Below are positions 26,231 to 38,136 of a stretch of DNA of 63,604 nucleotides, piece by piece (the first letter of the stretch is position 1; each line of letters opens with the position of its first letter). The translations under genes were made by a program, and so were the position numbers. Under the pieces are notes generated by a model. It was not told the origin of the DNA, did not search any database, and saw only the letters and a list, made by a program, of their open reading frames with translations. This DNA is from Octopus bimaculoides (taxonomy: Eukaryota): assembly GCF_001194135.2 (NCBI RefSeq), contig NC_068985.1, positions 108,658,706-108,722,309 on the forward strand, read 5' to 3'.

Positions 26231-27261
26231 TTATGCATGACACCAAACGTCATGCAGGACTGGCTATAACATTCCCACAGTTTATACACATATGGATGGC
26301 CTATATCTCTTCCCCGTCACAAGTAATGAATGTTACAGATGACTTGAAATCGATGAGAAAATAGCATATAGTGTTCCGTGAGTAGAGATAGAGTGACAAA
26401 AAAAAAATACTTCAGCAGATTTTGGAAGATATAGATATGGCTGCATTCAGTGGAACCCTATCCCGAAAGACTTTTGCAGTGCGAATGATAGTATCAACAT
26501 TTGGTATATTAAATTGAATGATTGAAGAAAACTGCATCTCGGGCTAGAAGCATTAACAGGATACTAACAATGACAGGTAATTTCTACATCAGTTGTGACA
26601 CTCGCAGGTTCTATATTTAATAGACAGTTGGCGGCAGAGGCATAAAATCAGTTTGTACAGTCTCCTTATCGAAACCTACTAGGAGGAGATGAGCCTAGGA
26701 GGAAATGAGTACGTCATGAGTATATTCAACAATGGACCGTTGTAGAGATCAACTTCCCAGCATAAATGGATGACTATTCGAAAACTGAAGCAGTCGAGAA
26801 ATGTATATCAGACTGATAAGAAACCTACAGCACTTATATTAACGCTAATTTTCTTTCTTTTTTTGCTTTTATTATAGATGCATTGGACCACCTAACAAAA
26901 GATCTGCGTAGAAATTTAGAAATGCTTGGTTTCTCCCTAAAAGAACAGAGCAGTCTGTTTCGCATTCGCTAGATACAATCGATGAAAAGAATAAGGAAAA
27001 TGTGTAAGACAGTTCTGAGATTCTCCGTATGAGGTTTTTGGGTGAACACAGTAATGTATACATGTGAAATACATATGCGCGCCCACACGTGAGCAGTAAT
27101 GAAACCTGCAAACCCACCCATGCAAGTTGATCCACATGCACACACATACACACACGCACACACAAACACAAAAACAAAAACATGCATTTGGCCAACAACA
27201 TCGAAAACTGGACTGCTTGTAATAAACTATGGACTGGTTGTATGTATGGCAAAACTAAGAA

Positions 27262-27316
<55 letters not shown>

Positions 27317-27540
27317 CATGCATATATATATATATATATGTACACATGCATATATATGTGTATATGTATGCAAACTGGACTGGTTGTATTTATGGCAAAG
27401 CTAAGAAATATGTGTGTGTATAAGTGTTTGTGTGTGTACGTGTATGCATGCATATATATGGAACTCTTTTAAACAAAATAATATATTCCTCTATACACAA
27501 TCATACAAAACCCCGCCCTTTTTTTGTATTTATTTTTACT

Positions 27541-27585
<45 letters not shown>

Positions 27586-29019
27586 GTATATATATATATA
27601 CTTATGTGTTTGTGTGTTTGGATGCGTGTGTATCTATATATAACTGAGATCTTGCCAAAAATATTTACATATTTTTTTTTAGAAAAATCTATAGACAGGT
27701 TATTTGATAAAAATATCTCGCGGGATATAATTTGCATTTTTTCAAATCTCCAAAATAAAATACATATTTAAAAGGATTTATTAATTTTCTCTTGTAGTTT
27801 TTGTATTTATTTATGTTTGATTGTATTTTTTGTTTGTGTTTCTATTTAAAACATTTTCTTAATCTACATATTGCTTTACAATTAAATATCACACAAATAT
27901 TCAATTTCGATCTATCAGATGTACGTTCTCTGATTGGCTTATTTTGTTTGACCCTCGACCTATCTTCCATCTATTGACATCTCCACCGTCCCATAGGTTT
28001 CATCGACTGAAATTTCTAAAGTGGCCCATTGCCATATCTAATAATTTTGGACACCATAAATAGGTAAATTACGGTACAAAAATAGCAACCTGGTTGCTAT
28101 ATTTGTAACGAAAATGTTTTGGTTTCGAATTCTGCTATATCTTGCAGATGTTTAGCAAACATATTGCCGACAACAATAATTTTACATATAATATATTTGT
28201 TTATATATTAATTCTCCATTAAGGTTTTCAACTCTCCTGTGCTAGGTATATCTGACAATATACAGATATTAGGAAAATTATATTTTTGGAGGTACCAATC
28301 CTATTTGAGTTAAATATGTACGATTATGTGGTCAAGTTTGTTTAATACTTACAGTTATATAGTGCTTCCGCTATGTACACAACTCTATCCTGTTAGTAAC
28401 TAGAGATAAAAACGAAAATCCACTTGTTCTAGTTTGAAATAAGTTAAGATTAATGGTTAAATGTACTTGGATGCAATATGGAGGCAAGATAGAATGATTG
28501 TTTGTGTACATCGTGAATTTGCTTTTAGCCTGTTGTTATGTGGAGACGGCATGTCAGTGAATAGACCCAACGTTTCCTCCGAGTATCGTAAAAGGCGAAC
28601 AAATCAGGTTTAGGTAGAGTTTGCACTCCGACCTCATAAAATCTTCAGCAGCAACGACTACCCAAAACACATGAATGGTTCGGAGGGTTTGTCGCTTGGG
28701 TGGTGCGAAGGTGTCATCCGCCAGGACTCGGGAATCACCAGTAGACGGTGGATGCAGCGAAGTACTGTTACAAGGCATGCCCTCATAATGCTACTAATAC
28801 TATTGTTGTTGGTTTTAAATGTTGTTGGTTTTAATCTTGTTACTGTCACCTACCAAAGTAAGCTGAATGCACGTAGGTTGATTATAGGGAATGTGTTCAC
28901 ATATTATCACACAATAATGATTTTCACAGGCATTGATTTCCAGTCCCAGAGCTGAATATGTGCTTCAGTAGTCTCTGTAACTTGCAAGCTGCTCAACATC
29001 CATGACTGAAAATATTATG

Positions 29020-29340
29020 AGTGATGGCTTCATTTTCTCCATCGATGTAATGAAGGTGGTGGTGTGCTGTCTATGTACATATCTTATCTTGCCAAACAAC
29101 CTCATTGGAAATATGTTCCATCATGAGCGTAGGTTGTTTGATGTACCCAGTTCATTTAGCTCTGAATATATTATATTGAAAATATCTTGTTCAAATACTA
29201 TAGTCAGTCCAAAAATTAAAGGTAACTTTCAGATACTCTGCAGGCCATGTCAGACGGCTTATACAGTTTGGGAGCGAAAGTTGGTCTGCGAATTAGTGCA
29301 AAAAAGATCAAAACCATATCAATAAGTGAATGTCAATCAC
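29020..29340 (+). mobile_element. Degenerate RTE-type reverse transcriptase fragment
   Basis: FIFSIDVMK and GAKVGLRISAKKIKTISI resemble RTE RT motifs; many indels. Confidence 0.4.
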
Positions 29341-29384
29341 AAAACCATGTCAATCACAACTTGTCAATCTCGGACGAGATCAAA

Positions 29385-29620
29385 TAGCTGTCCCTAATAA
29401 GACTGTTTTCTGGAGCTGTACTAAACTGAGTTTTATGCCTATTTCCTCTTTCTGTTCAAATCTTTAGGGATAGTTCCCAACGCACCTATAACTACTGGGA
29501 AGCCTTTTAGTCGCACTTTCCATAGTCTCTGTAATTAATTAGCTAGGTCCTGATACTTTGCTATCTTTTATATACCTCTCATATTTATTCTTTTTCATCA
29601 TTTAGGACTGTAAAGGTAAC
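29385..29620 (-). mobile_element. R4/Dong endonuclease C-terminal fragment (second subfamily)
   Basis: KIAKYQDLAN*LQRLWKVRLKGFPVVIGALGTIPKDL...EIGIKLSLVQLQKTVLLGTA; abuts (TTC)n(TTA)n at 29638-29735. Confidence 0.8.
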
Positions 29621-29653
29621 TATCTGGTACTTTCTATTCTTCTTCTTCTTCTT

Positions 29654-29734
<81 letters not shown>

Positions 29735-29788
29735 TGTTTAATAAGACAAAGTCGATCCCAATCCAGTAGACTTATGGTAAATGCATTT

Positions 29789-29867
<79 letters not shown>

Positions 29868-30461
29868 GTCATCATCATGTTCTTTTCTTTTCAGGAATCT
29901 ACTAGATGACAGTAGGATGTGATCTGAGGCGTGTGCGCATGCGCATGCGCGTGTGTATACGTGCGTGTGTATTTATGTGATTGCTCTTCCTAGCAGGCCG
30001 GTGAAGCGCATCAGTAGTAAAGTTCAAATTCATGATTAAAGTGCTGTCCACTCCACTTTGGTCACTAATGTCTGTGGACGTCATCAACGCCACAAAATCA
30101 CGCTTAGTAATTATCTATTGCGACACTCTTTATCTCTATGTCACTCCTCCTACCACACTTCTGCACTCAACACTCAAATTTTTTAATGACATAAAAGTTT
30201 GAGCTTTACATTCCGATTCTCTTAGCTCTGTGTTAATTCTGTTACCTTCGGCATTAAGCACTAATCCTTTTAAATGTTGTATCATTTAGATTTCAACGTT
30301 TATATTCCGGTCTTATTTCTACTACCGTAATTCTGCACTAAGACTTCAACACTTTAATGATGTATCATTAAATGTTTGAGGTTTATCGCTTACACATGAA
30401 AGCTCTAACGTTATAGGATGATGTTTCATTCTGACTACAAATCTTTTATCGTTCACTTGCT

Positions 30462-30772
30462 GCAGTCATTGGACTGCGACCATGCTGGAGCACCGCCTGG
30501 TAGTTATTTTGTCTTTCTCTCTTGCTGAACCACTAGAGATGTCAAAAAGTGGGAACACACTCATATATACATACTCGTATATATATATATATATATATNN
30601 NNNNNNNNNNNNNNNNNNNNNNNNNNNNNNNNNNNNNNNNNNNNNNNNNNNNNNNNNNNNNNNNNNNNNNNNNNNNNNNNNNNNNNNNNNNNNNNNNNNN
30701 NNNNNNNNNNNNNNNNNNNNNNNNNNNNNNNNNNNNNNNNNNNNNNNNNNNNNNNNNNNNNNNNNNNNNNNN

Positions 30773-30821
<49 letters not shown>

Positions 30822-31030
30822 CATACACGTATACATACACACAAACACACGTACACACGCGCGCAGACACATACAAATATATATGATGGGCTTCTTTCAG
30901 TTTCCGTCTACCAAATCTATTCACAATTTTCTGGTCCGCCTGGGGCTTCGGTAGAAAACACTTTCTCAAAGTGCAGCCCAATGGAATTGGTCATGGAACT
31001 ATGTAGTGGGAAGCAAACATCTTATTGCAT
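30462..31030 (-). mobile_element. Family B SINE, interrupted by an N-gap in its internal microsatellite
   Basis: Tail ggactgcgaccatgctggagcaccgcc; CORE-like gggcttctttcagtttccgtctacc. Confidence 0.75.
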
Positions 31031-32593
31031 ATTCAAGCAATAAGATTTCACAAATTTCCCCAATTGAACGCTGCTTAGCACCAAGTCAAGCACGATCGAG
31101 GAGATCGATGGCTAAAAGATGTTCCAATAATGACTATTATGTCATTTATTCAGACATGGTGTATTTAAGATAAAATATACTCGAATGTATTCTTCTACGT
31201 TGTAAGATGGTCGACCGTGATTTAATAAAGATTAGAATGTTAGTTGTAGAACATGTAGCTACCAGGTAGAGGAACTCCGTTTTTTGGATGGCATTGTATT
31301 GTTACAGAATAGAGTTTTCCAACACGGCTAACGTTTCTTAAAGTAACGTTCTGAAAATAGGTGCTATTTTATGTTAAGAAAGAAACCTACGAAAACCTGA
31401 AGCTGCGATTTCATTGAAAATTTTCAGGAAGCCATTGATCTTCTAAAATGTAAGTAATCGATTGTATTCGCGTATAAAGGAGAAGAAGAATTTGTGGATT
31501 TATTCAGGAATCCTCGTGATCCCTCCACTAGTAAAGGCTGTGTGCAAAACACTAAAGTTCTTTTCTATTTGTGCAAAGGGGACTTAATATATTTTATGAA
31601 TGTATTCAGTCGGCTTTTGCTAATATCAGCCGGCTTCTGATTTCACTAGATTCCTGATGTCTAGTTTGATTGGAGAAACCGACAAGACAGTGAGAATGAA
31701 ACAATTGGTGTTGTGATAAGATTATACTGGTTATACCGCTACGTGATGAGATTATTACTAGTCAATCTGTTGCAATAGATAAAATCCGAATATTTGAATC
31801 TATTTTCCAATGAATCGTGCAGTTATAATATTTAGACCCAGGAAGGATTTCAGAGGGCACCAACTGATGTATTAATTTGTTTTAATATTTAGACCGAAGG
31901 CATTAATCTGTAGTAATCCTGATTGATTAATTTAAAATGAAACATTGCTTTTTGAGTTCATAGCTGGTTTGTTTACTATTAGTAAAATTTATAAGAAAAC
32001 AGTGATCAAATCTAGTGAACTCTTATATGAAGATTCCAGAAGAGTTTTAGTAAATGATACTGAAAATTTACCGTTGCTGAATTTTGACCATCATCATCTT
32101 AAGTGTATGGGAAACTCGTTACCTAGAGTAGGCATTTATACTTGTTCTACTATACTTTAATTACATCCTAATAAAATAAGCCGGTGAACTTTTGGCATCC
32201 TAACAATATTTATATAAAACAAACGAACCTGTCGCAGGCCCACCTGTCTTGGTTCTTCATGGTATCATTCAAACCATGTACTGGAATCTAATGAAATACT
32301 TATCAAATGTATTTTGCGTAATCTGTAGAAATGCAAGCTTTGCTTTTAATTAAATGAATTTATGTTTAGACGAACATAGCTAGTATGAGTGAAATTATTA
32401 TTATTTTTCACCATGGACATCACGCAGTCCAGTTCTTGTGGTATGAACAGTCGAATGTTGGTTTACTAATGTGACATTCTATCGAGTTTGTCGGTATTCA
32501 TGCTTGAAATATATTTAGCAGAACTTCAAAATCATAAAAGATAACTATTATTAGATAAGAGAATTTGAGAGAAATGTCCTTTTGGTGTTTCTT

Positions 32594-32599
32594 TTTATT
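32594..32599 (-). terminator. Candidate polyadenylation signal (AATAAA) of the S-crystallin gene
   Basis: First minus-strand AATAAA I found downstream of the stop (~380 nt), followed by pyrimidine/U-rich sequence. Not verifiable without transcript data. Confidence 0.4.
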
Positions 32600-32975
32600 G
32601 GAATCTTGGTAAGCTGATTGTTAAAAGATTACAAGAAATTTCACTAAATGCCACAGCTTTGCAGTTCTATAACATTCTCTGACAGGTTTGGGATTGTCAG
32701 AAAATTTTCAGTTTCAATGCATTGCAACACAGATGTGTTTTCCCTTGAAAGGTAAGAAAAAGGCAACGATTTTTAAAAATGAAGAAAAAGAAAATAACTG
32801 AATTATTGAGACATATTTTGTGTGTTATTTCATTAAAATTTTAGACACCAGAGAAACTGGTTCACATTGATAATAACTGATGTGTTTTGTTGTGACTTTT
32901 AAGTATTTTCGGTTGTTATTGTTCTTGTTATTGATTTCATGCGAGAAATCCACGCTATTAGTGTGGATTTCACAT

Positions 32976-33140
32976 TTAAAATTCGGTACGTGGTTGACTC
33001 CTAAGGTACATGGAAATCTTTGGGTGGTTTTGGATGCGGTTTCTCAGAGACTGCAATTTGGGGTAACGGCTGAGGAAAGAAGGTTCTTCAATTAAGGGGT
33101 TCTCAAGAGCACAGTAGCACATCATATCAGCCATAGTCAT
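32976..33140 (-). CDS. S-crystallin coding exon 6 (terminal): [54 protein letters not shown]
   Basis: Acceptor ttttcttgctgcag|ATG; TAA stop at 32978-32976; GST N-capping motif (T-M-A-D) present. Confidence 0.97.
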   Translation of the reverse strand: MTMADMMCYCALENPLIEEPSFLSRYPKLQSLRNRIQNHPKISMYLRSQPRTEF

Positions 33141-36100
33141 CTGCAGCAAGAAAAATAAAAATTATATCAATTGAAAAAGGGATAAAATCGCATTTCTGTT
33201 TGTGAAAAAGTATATTCGACATTTTTTTATAATAAAGATGTAATGATAGAAAGTGCTACCTAACTAGAGATTTATCGTTCTAAAATATAAGGATTTCTGA
33301 TATTGTGATGCAAATCCACAAATTTTGTGAATGGTCGGTGCGTATAGTCGATTAAATAGACCCTATAACTTATCTAATCAAGCCCTTAATTGTGAAAAGA
33401 AATGATGTCAGTTATAGAGGTATTTGAACTCGGAAAGTAAGGAGATATAACTAAATAATTGTGGCTTCAACCATTCAGCTAATCTATCACCCTAGAAATA
33501 TAAAATATAGAGCAGATGTGGAGACACAATAAAATATGATTATATAACGTATTATATCTTGAAAGATGTGATGTAAACAAAATAAAGTATAATTATGAAA
33601 TAAATTTGATCTGTAAAATTAGATTAAATCTTTAGATCAGATGTAATAGCATATAAAGTAATAACATAAACTGTTATATCTTCAGAGCAGATGTACCGAT
33701 ATAATACAATACAACTTTGCAGTAGAGTTGAATAATATCCCACGCATCCAGTGTAATATTACAATCTGCGAAACTACGTAATCTCTTAACTGCTCATTTA
33801 TTCTCGCTTTCTTTAACTTTCTACCAATACAGAATTTAATAATGTATCTCATTGGTAGTTATTGCTTTGCTTCATGTCCATGCTGAACAAGCAGACTAAT
33901 GATCAATGGTATATTCAGTGCCCCAGTCTTCCTGTTTACAAAGAGCATAGAAGTCAAGATCTGGCATTCGAATCTAACAGCTTTAACGGTTACTTATATC
34001 TTTCGTTAAGACTAGTGAAATATTATTAAAAAATTATTCGGGATAATATGCTTCAAAATGACAGTGCTAAAGCATAGGGGTTATCTTTCGTTGAGCTAAA
34101 TTGAAAACATAGTGCCGTTCTCAGTTTCAATAGAAAAATGGAAAAGAAGCAGCTGATTGTTCCCAGATACTTAAAAGTTATTGTTCTGGCTATTCTGACT
34201 GCATTTAAGATTAAAAAACAAAACAAAACAAGAGCAAATCTAACAATGTTAGCGTAAAAAGTTCTAGAGCGGTTCTGCTATCAATGATAACGTAAAAGTT
34301 CTAGCCATTTCTGCTATCAAAACTATTAATGACTCATTTGTCTTAATTGTATACAGGCACGATAATAATGCAGACTGAAAGGACACTGTGTTTCTGATGG
34401 ATGTGTCTTTCGCTTGTTGTACTAAAATGGAACCAATCGATTGGACAGAACCTCTGATAGAGTAGCGATCTAATCCAGACAAAGAAACATATTTCTTTTC
34501 GCCAAATACCAACAAAAATACCGGGACAAGCTTCAGCAGATTAAGTCTAACTACGTGGCATAAAATATTCTTTGCATTTTAACTTTGATTTGTTTCAGTC
34601 ACTGGACTGAAACCATGCCAGAAGACAACCTTGACGGGTTTAGTCGAACGATTCCCCCACAATACTTACATTTTTAATCTGGTATTTATTCTATCAGTCT
34701 CTTTTGCCCTACCGATAAATTACGGGCGCGCAAACAGGTTATGAAGTTGGGCAAAAAACACAAAGACAACACACACACACACAAACACACACAAATACAC
34801 ACATGCGTACGTCGGGCTCGCACATAGTTTCCGTCTGCCAAATTCACGCACAAGATATTAGTGGGCCTAAACCACTTACCCATACTACCACACATGAGAC
34901 AGAACCCCAAACCGTCAGGTTGCAATGCAAGCTCCTTAATTAACACATCCATTTTTGCGCCAATGTTACAAGACATTGGTCAAATTATGTCCAAGTATCT
35001 TCGCCTAATCATTTGCTGACATTCATCATTCTTTGAGGCCAGACTTATCGCCAGTCATATTCAATGAATAATCTAACTGTGTAACATGAAAATTTTCGAG
35101 ATATTTGCAATCAGGGTTGCATGTTGACTGAATCAAAACGGATCAAGAAATCACGTACCTGGTCTCCCATGAAATATTGATTTCCACTGTTATGCATTTC
35201 AAGTGTTCTCTCCAAATATGGAAGAAGCCTTTGGCAGGTTTCACGGAATCTCATGCGACGTTCAGGCTGGAAAAGATAGATAAAATTAGATGATTAAAAA
35301 CCGAAACTATCAATAAGGAAGAAATTTATGTAACATGGTGCATTTTCTTATATGGAGCAGACACTGTAATGCATTATTTTAGACATAGTACGGAAGTAGG
35401 TTACTAGACAGTGACTATAAACATAGAGCCGTATAAATGAGATACTTAAGAAATATCAAAATCTGGAGGTACTTTTGTTATTTTAGGATATTACAAAGAC
35501 GTTGCACCCATTTTATAATTAAGACTAGTTTAAAATCAGTTTCTTATAGTTCTTGGTACACAAATTGATTTCTTCTATAAATTTTAAGCAATTTGTTTGT
35601 TAAAAGTCACCCGAATCAGTCTGAGGTAAGACGAACTCTGCAATAGGAATCTTTGTATTCATTTCAAAACCTAACATATGAAAACTATTTTTAGAAAATA
35701 AATAATGATAAAACTTACGGAACAACTCATATCTTGATTCCTTTCGAACTGGAAAATAGAAGAAACATATATGTATAATAAAAGAAATAAGATGAAAAGG
35801 TATAATAAATGATACCCATTTTTCCTCTCTCAACTCCTGTTCCACTTTCTCCTCTGATATGGTTATTATTTGAGATTCTTCTTATGAAGTACTATCGTTT
35901 GATACGTTTAGACTTTTTCTCCTCCATTTGAGCGCGAAGCTGATACAGTATTTGTTAAAGCTTGTCACTCCTGAGCCCTTTTCCCTTCTGCTATTATAAA
36001 ACACCACACACACACACACACAAACACGTACACATAAACACGCACACGCACTCACGCACACACACACGCGCACACACGTGTATGTATATATGTATGTATG

Positions 36101-38081
36101 CATGTATGTATGTATGTATGCATGTATGTATATGTGAGGGTATATGATTTATTTACTTGAAGTTGTAAGCTTAGGGTAAGTGGAGCGTNNNNNNNNNNTA
36201 TATATAGTTGTATACACATACATATACACACACACTTTTCAAGTATTTTCGCCCTTCAGTGTATTCCTTTTACTGTGTAGGCAACAGGCTTAACCACGCT
36301 AATGTTAGAATTATCTTCTTATATTTTATAAGAAGGTATTTAAATATAAAATAACCGATTTCCTTGGAAATTAACATTAATCGATTAAATCAATTTCAAC
36401 AGAAACTGTAAATTAGTTTAATATAAACAAAGACGCTATTAGAACATATGAACAAGAAGAAGAGAGAATCAGAGCTTGTATAATCGATGGATTTGGAATA
36501 ATTTTCAAATACACACCATACGTACGGAGTAACATTGTGAAAACAATAGAAAATGCTCTACTATTTTGGATAGAACAATAAAACCCAATATAATGGCAGT
36601 ACCCACTTATCAGTATGCATGGGTGTATGTATATCTGAATACACGTGCACTGAATTTCAATAAATAATTGTCTTGTTTAGTTTGTATGGATATCTCAATG
36701 TGTAATACATAAGCATATATTTTCTCTTTTTCCATCTCTCTTGCTCCCCTCTGTTTCTCTCTCTGTGTGTGTATGCATATATATATATATATGTGCGTGT
36801 GTGTGTTTGTATCTGTGTGTATGTGTGTCTGTGTGTGTGTGTATGTGTGTGTATATATATAGTCGATTATATACATTCTCCTGAAGGATGAAATGCAATG
36901 CTGTCCTATCCTTTACTTGATATTATCCACCATGTTCTCACTAATTGTAAACTCTCGCACAGGCACAGGCAAACTCTACCTGTACTCAACGTTGACCGCC
37001 TAAAATCACCAATACATAGAAATGACATCGATAACCACTGCAACCATCGGCTTTTATTTTAGGCATTAAAAATTTTGAATCCCTCACCCTCATTCTTCCT
37101 TCTCTGTCCTGGTACATCCTCATGTAGTCATCCATGATGTCATAGAAACAGTGCGAGATGAAGTCAACTCTGGCCATCTCCATGCTGCTTTTTCCATGGA
37201 AACCTTTTAAAAATATGAAACATTTGAATATCATGAACGTAAAATTTTAGTTGGGGCATATTAATCCTAGTGTATTTTTAATATAATATTACTTTCAAAT
37301 TTTGGCACAAGACCAGCAATTTCAAATTGTGTGCTAATTCGATTACATCCACCTCAGCGCTCAACTTGTATTTATTTTATCGACGTTGAAAGCTGAAAGG
37401 CAAATCGATCCCAGTGACTGTTGAATTTCAGGGCATAAAGACGGACGAAATGCCGCTAAGTATTTCGCCCGGTGTATTAACTATTCTGCCACCTGCCTGC
37501 CTTGTTCATTAACGTTATTGGCATCTTTCATCTTTTATATTTTACTTTGTTTTAGTCATTTGACTGCGGCCATGCTGGGGCACCGCTTTAGATTTTTTGT
37601 CGCACGCATCGACCCCACTACTTATTTTAAAAGCTCCGTACTTATTCTATTGGGTTCTTTTGCCGAATCACTAAGACACGGGAACGTAAAATCACCAAAC
37701 CAGTTGTCAGACGGTGATGGAAGGGAGATACACACACAGAACAAATAAACAAATACACACACAGAACACAGAACAAATAAGCAAACATATATACGACGGG
37801 CTTCTATCAGTTTCCCCTCTATTATATCCACTCACAAAGCTTTGGTCGGCTCGTGACTATAGAGCTATATTTTGGCACAAGCCCAGTAATTGCGAGGAAG
37901 GCGCTGAGTCGATTACATCGATCCTAGTGTCCAAATGTTACTTATCTTATCGACCCCGAAGGATCAAACGCAAAGTTGATCCCAGCGATATTTGAATTCA
38001 GAAAGTAATAATGTCGCTAAGCATTTTTCCCGGCGTGCTAACGATTCTGCCAGCTCGCCATGCTCTTCACTGATATATCAT

Positions 38082-38136
<55 letters not shown>

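Noticed and set aside
31428-31449. 22-nt plus-strand micro-exon candidate (ttttcag|GAAGCCATTGATCTTCTAAAAT|gtaagt)
   Set aside because: Isolated; such site pairs are expected by chance in AT-rich DNA.
32687-32752. Plus-strand exon candidate ending AAG|gtaaga
   Set aside because: It overlaps the predicted crystallin 3'UTR on the opposite strand and gives no recognisable peptide.
34980-35280. Initial impression of an RTE fragment (AFGRF) on the plus strand
   Set aside because: It is the antisense of S-crystallin coding exon 5.
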